A stretch of 63,854 bases of DNA, the filler included, from Bigelowiella natans CCMP2755 (lineage: Eukaryota > Protista > Cercozoa): assembly GCA_000320545.1 (NCBI GenBank). It is 4 parts of 4 records of this genome, joined end to end, with 100 filler letters (N's around TTAATTAATTAA, not from the genome) between each part and the next. Parts side by side here need not be neighbours in the genome. Positions count along the whole stretch, not along the records: positions 21,590 to 44,949 come from ADNK01001760.1; 3 more parts are not named here. The stretch is one strand, 5' to 3'. Below, in pieces: positions 26,210 through 39,699 of this stretch. The position numbers and the translations under genes are program-made. Position 1 is the first letter of the stretch. Each line of letters opens with the position of its first letter. The notes under the pieces are model-generated. The model ran no database searches and was not told where the DNA came from. It saw only the letters and a program-made list of their open reading frames with translations.

Positions 26210-27265
26210 ATGACGACCACGGCCGAATTTCCCCGCCTTCCTGCCCTCGTCGCCACTGCATGTGTCTACGCGGTTGCCGATTTCGTTCTCAAGATCAACG
26301 ATCGATACCTGGTATGCTTAGCTTTGGGCTGTTCTTCTAACTGCCTTGCCCTTCTTTGCGATGAATAGCGTGTTCTGCTTAGGTTATGTTCCACACACTC
26401 CTTGCGTCTGTGTGGGTCGGGTACGTTCTCATCGTAACAGGAGATCTGTATTTGGATAGAATATTTGAGGACAAACCGCTTTGCATTGGTTGGACATATA
26501 TATAAATATATATAATATTTATATATAACCATCTTGATATGTATTTTGCTTGTAATTTAAATGTAAAATTATAACCGCTGTCCTGACGACATCCTGTCGT
26601 CCTGTGTCGATGTGCCAACAGTGCCTGCAGACGAGGTGGATTCTGAGGTGGCCTTGATGGCGTACATGGCTGGTTTCTTCGTCTATGATCTCATGCTCTG
26701 CTATAAAACGGTGAGCTTCATACGTAGTTAACGCAATAGTGTCTCATGTACTTCTAACGCTTATGCTAATTGTGCATCGGCCACCAAGAATGTGACGTTT
26801 GCTTGGTACTGCCACGGAGCCTTCTCTCTACTGGTGTACATCGCGGCGCTCACGGGGTGGGCTCAAGGATATGCAACTCGATTCGTCGTCTACGAATGGT
26901 AACCGAACCAACGCTCGCACTATAAAGTGTGGTGGTGCATAAGAATCGCTTCTCTCTTCAGGTCCTCCATCTTCTACCAAGCTTCCCGAGAAATTGATCG
27001 CGAGGCGTACAAGACGATGTATCAAATATCCACCCGCTCACCATCTCTAAAATGAACCCGTGGTGGCGAATTGCTAACTTGTGGTCTTTTCAATCCTTGT
27101 TGCTCGATGCTCCATCCTAGATATAAGTCTTCGAGGGTTTTATTCGCAGTAACGTTCATCGTCATCCGTTACATATACGGCCTGCCTCTATCATTTGCGT
27201 TCCAAAGACAATCTTGGCTAGGAATGGAAACTGAAACATGTGGCTTAAGGTTGAAGTAGGAGAAG

Positions 27266-27306
<41 letters not shown>

Positions 27307-27679
27307 TGGGCGGGGAGGCGGGGGGGCGTGGGGGCGTGGGGGCGTGGGGGCGGGGGGAGCGGGAAGAGAAAAGTTACACTGCTGCACCATTGGTAGTCTA
27401 ATATCGCTTTCACTCACCTACGTTTTAACATCCTCCAGTTCTTTGGCAAGGAAACTGGTTTTACTGACAAATGTCCTCTTCGCAGTCCTAAACTTCTACT
27501 GGGGGTAAGTGAGTGAGAGATCAAGATAAAGAAATTGACTGCTTGATTCTTAAATAAACGAACAGTAGAGTTGCTAGTGCCTTAAATTACTCTTTTCCAG
27601 GTTTCTAATTGTTAAGTCTGTAGTCGGAAAAAAGGATGTTAACGATGGAAATAAGAAAAATAATAAAAAGGGCCAGTAG
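26210..27679 (+). CDS. TLC (TRAM/LAG1/CLN8)-domain membrane protein, 8 exons
   Basis: Spliced hydrophobic chain with TLC-type motifs AYMAGFFVYDL, WYCHGAFSL, VVYEWSSIF, LFAVTFIVIRY and VLNFYWGFLIVK; ends KKGQ* (KKxx). Confidence 0.82.
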
Positions 27680-28189
27680 TTAATGTAAGGATAGACCATC
27701 GTGTTGCTTTGGTTCAGCAACGTAACAGCATCATCATCGGCGCCGGCGTAGCAAACTGGTTGCGTGGTAAGTTAGTCTACCGGCGGCTAGGAATGTTGGC
27801 CACGAGCGTACCATTTATCTACCAAGATTGTTAGTAAAAAATATATAAGCATTTAAACAAAACAGGAAATCAAATAATAGCGGTGGCGTAAATTTGGCTC
27901 TAAAATATGAGACGGATGTAATGAATGTGCTAAATATTTTCAATTGTCATTCAAATGTAGCTCCAAAATGTGGATCACCGTGCCGATCGAAGCTCGATCC
28001 AGCACTGCTTTGCCTCAGTTATGTAGTTTGCAGATGTTGTTCATTCACAACAAACACGTCAATGCGTTCGATTCATGCATACAGTGCGCTACAGCCGATG
28101 TCATATGCCATTTTATTAGCCGTGCCGTTGCTGGAGACACAACGTTGCATGTCTGACCATAACATTATAATAGACACAGTGATGTAAGG

Positions 28190-28229
<40 letters not shown>

Positions 28230-28232
<3 letters not shown>

Positions 28233-28880
28233 ATATATATGTCTCTGTCCATGCACGCATGCTAGCTAGCTCTAGCAAGGCTAGATGGGCTCCACATCGC
28301 TAGACAAGTCAGCTGGTGGCTGTGATATTGTCATTGCATTGTTTTTGCGCGCAGCAGGCGCGCGCACATACGTATAAAAGTGCATGTACTGCGTCCTATA
28401 ATATATATAGTCCATGCGTATCTAGCATGCAGCTCACATTGCAACGCATCATGCGTATTATCGTCGCGCTTGTCGCATGCTAGCATGCATCATGTGTCTG
28501 TAATTGCGATCACGTTGGCTACTTACGCACATGCATAGCATCGTCATTGCGCAATAACTCTGCCGCCGATTATGCGATGCGACGACGATGTGCATTCTGC
28601 AGCAGATACACCTGTGGTTCAATCATAATTGCAGCGCAACAGCATCGCAACAATCTAGCAATGCTACACGCGCTAGAAATGTGCTCAGCGTGAAGCCCAC
28701 GGCGATCATGGCGATGTCGGTATCGTATGACATAGCACACACATTGATGTGATGATTCGAGCCGTTGTCAGCTAAATGTTAATCCCTGCAAGGATTCCAT
28801 GATGCATGCGTTCACGAGCCAACATGCTGTCTAGCTATAATCGTAGCTATGCAATGCTTATCTTGTGATTTGCCTGTGTT
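28230..28880. other. Palindrome-rich, RY-alternating tract 4 (convergent junction TLC/SPAG16)
   Basis: Contains GCATGCTAGCTAGC, GCATGCTAGCATGCAT, GCGCGCGC and many TGCA; purine runs are rare. Confidence 0.8.
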
Positions 28881-29011
28881 GCACTGGGCAAATAAATTTC
28901 TTAATACTTCGAACCAAATTCATTGCCATCGAAGACTATGAGTCGACAAACGCATTGTAAAAAGCTGCTGTCTCTGAGGCCGGTCGTTGTAAAGCAAATT
29001 CAGCTCGAAAC

Positions 29012-31579
29012 TCACGCCCATATCCTGAACGTGTTATCCGAGCCGCAAGAGATGAGGAACCTGCCTGATGGGTCAAGTTGAAGAGCCTGCACAGCCTTTT
29101 CGTGACCTGTGAGCACGCCCATAACCTTGCCATCACCAGAATCTGCTATCTTCACCGTGCCGTCGTCGCAGGCCACAGCGAGAGTACGCGAGCTGCGGTC
29201 AAACTTGGCATCGTTGACGGGCACGTTCAAGTCGATGCTGAGGCGCTCGCCCACCATTCGCACATCCCAAACCTTGACAACACCGTCCATATCTGAGCTG
29301 ACGATGCAGTCGCCCTTGACGTTGAAACTCACGCTCCCGATGGCGTTGGTATGACCCACGAACGTCTGAATACACAGCCCACTGCGCAAATCCCAGATCG
29401 AGACTGACTTGTCCGCAGACCCGGTACAAACCTAAGAAAAGGGGCCAGCAGCAATCGGGGAGGAGGGGAAGGGAGAGGGAGGGAGGGAGAGAGAGAGGGA
29501 GAGATAAGAACGTGATGACGACGTAGGCATGGAACCCCAACCAGTCACTAATCCCAATGACGCCATTTCCCTCACCGAAATGGCCAAGCAATGCTACAAT
29601 ATACAACTCCAAGCAACACAAATTCTTCTCGATTTCTCCATCATCTATCTCTGTATCCACCCCCCTCACCAGGTACTGGCACTTACGTTGTTTGAGTAGG
29701 GCTGGAAGAGCACCGAGTTGATGGAGTCGACATGGCCTCGGAAGGTGTGGCGGCAGCGCTGACTCTGCGTGTCCCATACCTTTACCGTTTGGTCCATGGA
29801 GCAACTTGCCAGAAAATCGCCGGTGTCGTGGAAGGAGCAGTCCCAGACAGGCTGCGTGTGCTCCGAGAAGGTCATCGCGCACTTCGCCTTAAGGAAATCC
29901 CAGACCTTGACAGTCCCGTCGCCGCTTGTGGTGGCGAGAAGCGTGCCCTTGGGATGGAAATCGATGCCGGAGATCCACGATTTGTGGCCGCTGCCGCTGA
30001 GGATAAGCTCTCCTTTCGGTATAGACCAGAGCTTCCATGTCCGGTCGTCCGACGCAGTGGCAATCACCGGCTTTCTTGGGTGAATCGCTAGGTTGCTGAT
30101 AGCCTGAGTGTGGCCCTGGAAGGTCTTTGTCAATTTGAACGCGTGCGCGTTGGTAGGGTCGAACGACTTGTTGAGGTATGGGTTTGGGCGATCGTCGTCA
30201 GGGATGAGGGCGTCTCCTGAACGCTTCCCACTTCGCTTCTTCTCAGATTTGCGTTTGGACGTAGCGCCGAGCCCCCCTCCACTACCGTCATCCATACTCT
30301 TTATCTGCTGCTCGAGCACTTGGATACGAGCCTCAGAGCGTTCCTTCGCTATGCGTGTGAGAGAAGCGCTATTCATGGCCCGCTCATACTTTGTCTTCAT
30401 CATTGCCAGCGCTGGCTCAAAGTTTGAGATGTCTTTCTTCAGCCGCTTTATGTCTTGGAGCAAACGATCCTTTTCCTGAACGACTCGTCGATGATGCATT
30501 CGATAGTAATCGCGTTGCTTACGAAACTTGCCCCACGTTGCCTTGGCCTTGTTGGCTATCTTCTGCACTGCCGCAAGTTGCTTGCGGAGCTCCTTTACCT
30601 TGAAATTGACATTTCTTTGTGGGTGATGATGATAGTGATTAAGATTACGGCATCATAATTAAAAAAGTCGGTGTTCTGTGATAATAACGTGTTAGGTTAA
30701 AAGCTATAAAATTCAGACATGAACCTGATTGTCCATCTCCGAGTTGCGAACGTAGATATCAGGTACTCTACCGATATCCTCCTCTCGAAACTTGCCTTGC
30801 TGCTTCATTTGGTACCATTCCGTCTGGAAACATAAATTAGAGTGACGGACCGCATATTACACTATTTTCAAATTAATTTAGGGCGCGACGCAGACATGGA
30901 TCCCACGCACCGGTCATTCTGCAAAGAACTATTTTAAATCAGAAACATGCAATTTTTACCTCGAAAGAATCCAGCGTGTTTGACATTCCAAGCTTCGCGA
31001 GGAAGTTTCTTATAAAATCGTCGATAACAGTATGCTTTTTTGTGTTTTCGGCCTGCGCGGGGCCTTGAGCCGCTACAACTTTCCCATCCATTCTTTTTTG
31101 GAGTGATTTCTCTATAGTAAGTAGATAAAACAAAATGCCATAAATGAAAGATGTTCGGAACTCAGGCATAAAATTCACATTCATTTGAAAAACCAATAAA
31201 CGAGAAGCTCTCAAATTATATTTGTTTTGAGTAGACCGCGGGGAACCCAAAATAATGTCACCATAATTTTCGGCACCCGAGAAAAAAAATGATAGTATAC
31301 CTATCTTCTCCGCCCCATTGTCTGACTTGATCTCGCTCAGCATAGCGGTGAAGTCTTCGTTGTCGGAGCTCGATTCACCGTCGCTCACGTTCCCATACTT
31401 TCCGTCCTACAAGAGAGGCGATTTAGTAACGCACCAATCATGGATTTAGTTCACGATTTATTGAATGTGGTTTGTGAAGGGCTGCACAAATTCAACAAAT
31501 TAGGAACCTCGTTTTCCGATTCATCACTGATCTCCACTTCCTCATGGTATAGGTAGGAGTCGTCGGGTTTTGCACTCAT
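29012..31579 (-). CDS. SPAG16: Flagellar central-apparatus WD40 protein PF20/SPAG16, 6 exons
   Basis: Acidic N-terminus, VIDDFIRNFLAKLGMSNTLDSFE/TEWY, the signature WGKFRKQRDYYRMHHRRVVQEK, then WD40 repeats ending SCGSDNTFRIWA*. All introns GT-AG and in frame. Confidence 0.93.
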
Positions 31580-32155
31580 TTTAAAGCCTAAATTGCGTGT
31601 TTACACGACTAATACAATAGACGGTGAGCAGATGTTCCCTCTTTGCCTGCAATGTCGACTGCCCTCAAACCCTTGCTTGGTTTAGGGTGGGGGAAACTCC
31701 TGCACCACAAACTTCAGACTTAATGATGTTGGTGTGCAACAGATAAGTCTCGAATACAGAAAGAATTGCGTTGTTTTTCATTGTCGTAATTGAATAACGG
31801 CATGTATTGTATAGTCTTCACTCTGTAGAACGTACAGGCAAGCGGAGCTGGGTGAACCGGTTACTGAAAACGACTTGGAGAATACCCGGAGAAACTCTGA
31901 AACTGATAAGGCGTTTTTTATTGAATTAGCGGTAAAATGGTCATTTTTTGGATAAAACGGATCCCATTTCTTGTTTCATTGTCCCGATCCCGAATGGCTA
32001 CCGAACCTGTCTCTCTGCCTGCAACGGTTAAGACGGATCGATGCTAGAATTTTCCACAGATTGTCATTCGAAGTCGATGAACTTGCACCCAAATTCCACT
32101 TATAAGCTCTTTGGATTATCTATCAGTTGGGCCGAATAATTTTGGATCGCAACCG

Positions 32156-33199
32156 ATGAGATCATCTCGCCGCAGCACTACTGCTCGTAAGCGCCCTGCT
32201 TACAAGCGGGGGAAGAGTGCTTCTCATGCTAGTCATGGCTCGGGCTTTAACGCTGTCAGAGCTCTGCGCGATTTAGGCAAGAAAAGACATACCGAAGGTA
32301 GTTGCTGCTAGAGGAGGTTGGGAAAAGAGAGTGGAGGTTTGTAATGCCGTCAATCTGACACTGCCCCTTCCAACGCCGAACGTTGAAAGACTACGAGTTC
32401 AGCCTATTTGAGCACACTTGAATGAGTATGTTCTGACAATTTAGATTTTTACCATCAGTGACAAGAACCCTGAGCGAGCAAACTAAGAACAACGCCGACT
32501 CCTTTGCTGAGAAGGTTCCTTGATTTCGCTTCTGCAACCCCATCAGTTTATTCGTACTTTAAAGACGAGACTTTTTTTTTGGTTGCACCCTTATTTCTTT
32601 AGCAAAAAGAAAGAGCGAGACGTTTACTTAGTCACCTATATTTTCTCTTTCTTTCTATCTCATACTTTCCCCCCTCAGTTCCGCAAGCTGAAGAACATGG
32701 CGAAGCAGCATCGGAAGGCTGCTCGAAAAGATGCCCACCAGTGCGTAGTAGAATCTGAAACAAAGCATTTCTGCTCACCCTCCGCCCCTAACTCACATTG
32801 CCTCATAAGGTACACTTGGCTCCGGACCCAGGCGCAACTCACCAATGAAGCAGCGAAGATAGAGGTAATGAATGAATAATACTGGCTTAGTCGCAGTGCT
32901 AATCCGAAGCGAGGCTTTTTCTTTGGAGGGTTTCGCAACAGGGAAGAATGCGCGCGCTTTTCCGAAATGTACTTGTACATATCAATGTGTACTAATGTCT
33001 CAGGGAGAGCTGAAGGTCCTACTCGGCCACTGCGCCTCGTCGGCACAGGCAATTTCTTCCTCCTCCAGAAGATCCCGCGCAGCTTCTCGCCACGATATCG
33101 ATGGAAGCGACGATTACGACTATGGTAGAAGTAGGAAAAAACGGCGGAAAATTATACAACAGACACGAATACATTTGATAAATTCACATGAGGAATTAC

Positions 33200-33235
<36 letters not shown>

Positions 33236-33257
33236 ATTTATACATATATTGATATAT

Positions 33258-33292
<35 letters not shown>

Positions 33293-35564
33293 CCCAGGCG
33301 GTGCCGTCCTTCCGAAACAATATTCGAATATCCTCTTGCTGTTTTCCTCGCTTTATACCAAAAACAGACGCCGAGTGCATTGACCCAAGGGATGAAGTCG
33401 ATGCAATCATCGAGGAAATGCAGGTTTCTGGAATCTTTCTCTGCAGCTGCCACTGCCGTTGCTGTTCTGCATTTTCGCCGCTGTTGTATCGTATCAGCTA
33501 TTAGATTTCACGTGGCGAATGATTGCTTTCATCTACATTCTGATAGCACTATCGATATGATAATCGTGGGCCATTGTCTTCACACCGTCGTTGTCTTCTT
33601 GTCGTTCAGTCGTCGTCATCATCGGTAACGAGTTACCACCTGAAGCTAGCATCAGCATGCCGTGAGGCCCATGCTTGCGTGAGAAGACTGGTAAAAAAGA
33701 GCACTCCAACGCCGGCAGGAAGGCCCCGCAAAGTCGGAGGTCAGTGCTATGCTTAGACATTGTCCTAAAACGACGGGTGTGAAAGCACGCAAAATAGACT
33801 ATGTAAGACCACGTGTCGAAGCGCTGCCGGTGTTGTGTGTTTGTTACTGATCATCCTGAGCCTTGGCTAGCACTAGATCATGAATTTAGGGAAGCTGTAC
33901 AAAGCCCGTTTCTCGTCTTACGGTCATCGGCCGTTTTCGGTTTTCATTCCATATGCGTGAATTTTAAAAAAAAGTACATTCATAAATACGTAGGCCGAGG
34001 CCGGGCAAAGGCGGCTCAAATTGGCCGCCGTAGACGCTTGGAAAGCGGCAGCAACTCCGCGGGCGACTTGAGCAAGGGGGGGGGGAAGAGCAACGGCGCG
34101 AGCACCGTCGAGGAACTACGCATGCAGGCAGAAGCGCGTCTGTTCGATGCCAAAACGGTCAGTCCCTACCCGAAAACTCAGACGGGCATTGAAAAGGAGA
34201 GACGGGGGGGGAGGGGGGGAGGGAAGAATAGTAGGTAGGTAGCATGCTAGTAATGGTGGGTTGTGTTGCATGCTCGGCCGAGAGATAAGGGCTTTCCTTC
34301 GATTCATTATTGCTTACAGCTTTTGGAGGACGCCGGAGAGCAGCTCAAGGAAGAGCACGCGATAATCACCTCAGAACTTCGTAATTCACTTGTCCACCCA
34401 GACCATAACAAAGGCAGCAGCAGCTTGGGATAATACTGCATTGTTGCTCATAAAATAAACGCGAAAACATCGACAAGTTTTGGTCCGGAGACTTCTCTGT
34501 CCCGTCTGCTTTTCATCCTCCCTGGTTGATCGTGTGAAAATGAACACCGACTCTTATGTGTATGTATGGCCCTTCAGGATATGTCACCAGCCATTTCGTG
34601 GAGACTGGGGAGCGGGAAGGGAAGGGGGGTGCTAAGGCGACGGCGAAGGCTTTGCTATCGAACCTAAACTTCGGCTCAGGTTTTCCTTGTTCTTGGTCAA
34701 TCAATATGACGCAGCAAATGTGCAGCTGACCCGTCTCATACTTGATTATGATATATACCCTTTTATTCTTTCCGCTACGGGTGCAGTTCTGGAGGCTGAA
34801 AAAATGAAAAGCCAGAAGGCGAGTGGTAAGAAGAAGTCATCATGTAACATTTGTAGGAATAGTAGTAGTAGCTGGAATGTTCACCACAACCACTCCACCC
34901 TTTAGGTGAGAATAAGCGCCAACTCCAACGATGGCGAACAAACCTACAAAATGCACGCACGCACACACGCACACACAGACGCACGTACAACAAAACGAGC
35001 GCGCATGTGAAAGTGTTTATGATTTTAAGTATTTGTCTTGCCGTGTGTGCACGTAGGCGAAGTTGCTCGCTATCACGATCTCAACGATAGTAGCAGCAGT
35101 GGCACCATCCCACCGCAGGAATCTCACGATGGGCTGCTGTCCTTTGAGCAATGTCTAGAAGGTCCCTTCAGCAACAATCTGGCAATGCTGCGATATTGTT
35201 CCTTTCATACTCCCCCCCTTCCTTTCTTATTTCTCTCCCTCCACCCCCCCTCTCCCCCCCTCCTTGCTCTTGTGCTCGCGGCTTTCCGTGTCGTTATGCT
35301 ATTCACAGGCTTCGTCACCGCTTTCAAATTCTCAAATCTTCCCGACAACGACAGCAGTAGTAGCAGCAACAACAACAACAGCAAAACTAGTGGAAGTAGC
35401 GAAGGAGAGGGAGGCACCGCCACTCCATCTAAGGAAGCAGCCGCCTCTTCCACCGCCAGTCTCACCACTACGAACGATGGCAGTACGTGCTGCTTAGAGT
35501 AGTAGTAGCCATTGAAGATATCGAAGACGACGTATCATTGCACACACACACACACGCGCGCGCG

Positions 35565-35603
<39 letters not shown>

Positions 35604-35646
35604 CTTTGTCCTCTGTCTATCTGCATATATGTATGTAAACACGCAC

Positions 35647-35682
<36 letters not shown>

Positions 35683-38600
35683 TATATGTTGACATTTTCT
35701 CCTCAGGAATTGCCGAAATCCGAGCGATATTCCGTGCAAAACTCGACGAATTGGATCGAAATGCAGCAGAGGTAAAAACGATGTTGTCTTCGTCTCTCTC
35801 GTCGTCGCTGATGGCTTGCTTTGCTGTTTTTCTTTTATTTGCTATGGACGTATTCTCCAGGCTTTATGTCGTGCGCACGTAGATCACCACAACAGCATGC
35901 TGCAGATCAACACCACCCTGGACGCTTTGCAGGTGTCTTGTTGCAGCTTGCTAAGACTCTTAGGAATTGTTACGATGATGATTCTTGCATCTCCTCTTTC
36001 TTCTGCTTGTATTTATTGTTGTTCTTCCTCCTCCTCCTTTTCCCTTTCGAAACCCCATCTACCCCCTCGCAGGTGAATGGCAAATCCATCGCAGTGGTTG
36101 AAAGGTGAGGGGAACTAATGTATGCGCGACACAACGCAGATGGTGCATATGCATATGCATGTGCATGTGTGCATGTGTGTGTGTGTGTGTGTGTGTGTGT
36201 TTGTGTTCTCTGAATGAACCCCTCAAAAAACGAGAGTATAGTCCTCATAGATACGACACCAATCTGCCCCCCATCCCCTGAATGCATGGCTTTTGCTACT
36301 GCAGATATTCTGGTAGGGGGAATAGTAACCACAGCAGTCGGTATGGCGACGAAGACGAAAACGACGCGGAGAATGAAGCAAATGCGGGAAATGAGCCCGC
36401 GAGTCCTGAACGCCCCTTCTCAGCCCGCGAAGGTTCTCCCTCCCCCCCCCCCTCCCCCTCCCCCTTTTTTTTTCTTACCTCCCTACCTCCTCAGATAGAT
36501 GTAGCACTTGTCTCACAGCGCAGCCGTGGGCTACAAAGGAAAACATTGGTGTGCTCCTTTCACTTGAATTTTTACCATCCTGTGCAGGCTGCATGGGTGC
36601 TTGGACGAACGAAGATTCGAAACGTCTCTGGCTCATACACGACACTTACGTACTGAAGCACGGCCAGAACAAAGCTGCCTCCAACGGTTGTTGTGATTGA
36701 AGCTTGTGAGATCCTGCTGTCGCAATCGCAAGCTGCTAAGAAATCTCTTACGTTTGTTCTTTTACTGACTGGTCTGTGCTGCTGCCTTGTTGATAGGCTG
36801 CTTTTCGTTGTGTGTCTGTGCGTGTGATTCTTGTTTTGCCGCTGGATCGGCTTCTCAATGTCTGCTTCTCCTTGCAACTCAGTTCTTTTCTTCCCTTCTT
36901 CCTCCCCCCCCCAACATCCCCACTTTTTCGTCGTTTTAAGGCTCTGACTTGTACCGAGATCGGTTACGAGTCGAATTTCCCGGCCGTCCGTACAAGGAAC
37001 TACAGGTCATTGCGTTGATGCTGCTGCTGCTTGTTATTGTCGCTGCCTCTCATTCAGCAGAACCCTATCCCCCCCCTCACCCTCCCTCTCTCCATTCTCG
37101 AACACTTTCCCTCCTCTGGTGATTTCGAGGAGGGTTCGCAGCGGAGCGAAACTGTCTGGCAACATACAATCGGTGCAATGCAGACAGCCTCATCTAGCCT
37201 TAGATAATGGACCTGGTTTACCATCTACCATCAGCTTCGGATACGCGTACTGATCGAGAAAAGGCTGTTCCGACGGAAGAAGAATGCATTGTTGACCCAG
37301 TGGGAACGAGACAAGAGAGCCGTCCTTGAAGAGGCCGCTTCACAGGTTGCCTTGTTGCACTAGATTCCAAAGAAGCTACAGCACACGCAAACACACACAC
37401 GTATAATTACAAGCAAGGAAAGTCTAAGAAGAAACAATGTGAAGATGACTGTTTTGAGTCGCTAAGTCACAGAGCAGTGCATCTTGGAGAGCAATCGTTA
37501 TTCGTTCACGTCTCCTCGTAATCTTTCACCTTACCCATGGGCCCTTGCTTGCTGCGTACCGATGTCGCAACCCCTCAGACGCGAGTCGCCGCCATGGCAA
37601 TGGAATTCGAGGAAGAGCTCACTGCAGAGCGGGATATGGAAGAGGTCAAAAGACAGGAAATCAAACGGATACACAGTAGCAACGTCGAAAAGGTACAGTT
37701 TGCAAAATTAGTTTCTCGTTCTTTCCCAATCTCGTGTTACCAGTGTAGGTCTGCCTGATTGTGCTCGTCCACCACTCTCCCTTTATTGCCGTTGTCATCG
37801 TCATCATCATCTTCATCATCATCATCATCATCATCATCATTGCGTCATTACCACCATAAACGTGCTGTCGTCGCTGCTATTATAGTTCCTGATAAAGAAG
37901 AAAATCGAAGACCAGCAAAGAGCACAGCAGGAAGCTGAGGCTGCCGCTGCTCAAATAAGGAAAGAGAAACAGCGACAGGTGCTACTCCGCAAATAACAAT
38001 ATCGAGAGAAAGGGAGGGAGAGAAATGGGGGTGGGGGGGGAGTCTTACATTTTCGACAAGATCTTCTGGTACTTATTTATTATCTAATTCATACGCGCTT
38101 GCTTTAAACAATATTTCCAATTAGAGGGAACTCGAGGCCAATGAGGAGCGGCTCAGGGAGTACTATGCTGAAAAAACGGAAATGGAGAGAAAGAAGCAAC
38201 AGGAGCTGATGGAGGCTGCTATTTTAGAAGAGAAGCTGAGGTTTTGTAGTAACGAGAATAATGTCATCAACGTGCAATCCTTTGAGTTCGACAACGCCTC
38301 TACTGAACAGACGTAAGCGCGCCATTGTAAACAAAGAGCGAGTTGAGTATCGTATGGATCTTCTGGAAGAGGTACACAAACACACACACACACACATATA
38401 TCTATATATATATATATATATACACTGAATATTTCTATTGTAAATATTTATACCTATGTCCGCACCCGCACGCAGAAACAGCACAAGCAACTGGAGAAAA
38501 AGCTCGAAATAGAGCGCGAGGAAATGGAGCAGCAAAGGCGGCTTGATCTCCTGCGACAACAGGTAGTGGAGTTTGCCATTGATTCTATGTTCTAAGTCGG

Positions 38601-38835
38601 TAGGCAAATGAAAGATATGGCCTCTCTCCTCCCCCCCCCCCCCCCCCCCGTCCTTCCTCTTCTTCTTCTTCTTCTTCTTCTAACTCTTATCTCTGAATGT
38701 TAATTCTTCGCCATAAGGTTGCGAGTCAATTCGAGCACGTCGGAATAGACAAAGACCGTGTGATCCAGAATACGAAGGCATATCAACATGCTCTGGTAGG
38801 CACGCTATTACGTGATAGCAGCAGTAATAGTAGTA

Positions 38836-38871
<36 letters not shown>

Positions 38872-39348
38872 AAGAAAGGAAAAGAAGGGATGGGGGGGGG
38901 GGGTTAGAAATCAATTTCTCATCTTGAAACTGAACGCCCTCTTCATCATCTTGTCCTTCTTCCTCCTCCTCCTTATCATCTTCTGCGTTGCCTGCTGAAC
39001 AGGATGCGAAGAACTTCAAGCCGCTATTCGAGGTTCATGGCTACAACATCGACGAGCTGATGCAGGATCAAAGGTTCAAGATCGCTACGGCCTTACAAGC
39101 GGTAGTACCAATTCCCACAGATTGAGAGCTTTTCGGGGCACCAGAAAAGCCCTCCATATTAGTGAGAAGAGGACCATGATTTTAGCCTGTATTTCTTTTC
39201 GATTCTGTTCCGTAGTTTTGAGCGATATCATATCCTTGTGCAGGCCGGGCTGCATAAGAACAGCTACGCAAAGCAGGTGATTTTGAAAGCCCACACGGCC
39301 GTTCAATCTCGCCCGAGCATGGTTAGCAACTTTGAGCTGAAAGATTAG
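32156..39348 (+). CDS. CCDC148: CCDC148-like coiled-coil protein (many exons)
   Basis: The C-terminus KPLFEVHGYNIDELMQDQRFKIATALQA/AGLHKNSYAKQVI matches the CCDC148 tail as I recall it (KPLF...Y...D.R......L..AGLH...YAK). Also DRLRVEFPGR and a long charged coiled coil. Internal exons are only partly resolved. Confidence 0.78.
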
Positions 39349-39699
39349 GGGGCGGGGGGGGGGGCTGAGAATACGCTTTCTCGAGTACAATCGTAATAAT
39401 TCCGTGCAGTAACAATTTCTAGATATAAACTCTGCGATGATGATAAGAGCAGCATAATGATTCTATAGATGCACTCATAAGCACAAAGCGATGTATGCGA
39501 CGGCCATTCTAGCTTTGATCACTGTTCAGATTGCTTTAGATAAAAACCGCTGCCTTGATTGTCGCAGCAACGCAATAACTTGCTCTTGCTAGCCATCTGC
39601 CTGCAATGCAGCATTAACACTGTATGTCTTGCAGTAACTCTTACGATACGCACATAGCTAGTCCGGTGGTAATTTTGGCATACATATGACGTAATAAAC

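Noticed and set aside
31860-31871. GTTACTGAAAAC resembling an RFX X-box between two putative flagellar genes
   Set aside because: Poor match to the consensus, and no evidence this lineage has RFX factors.
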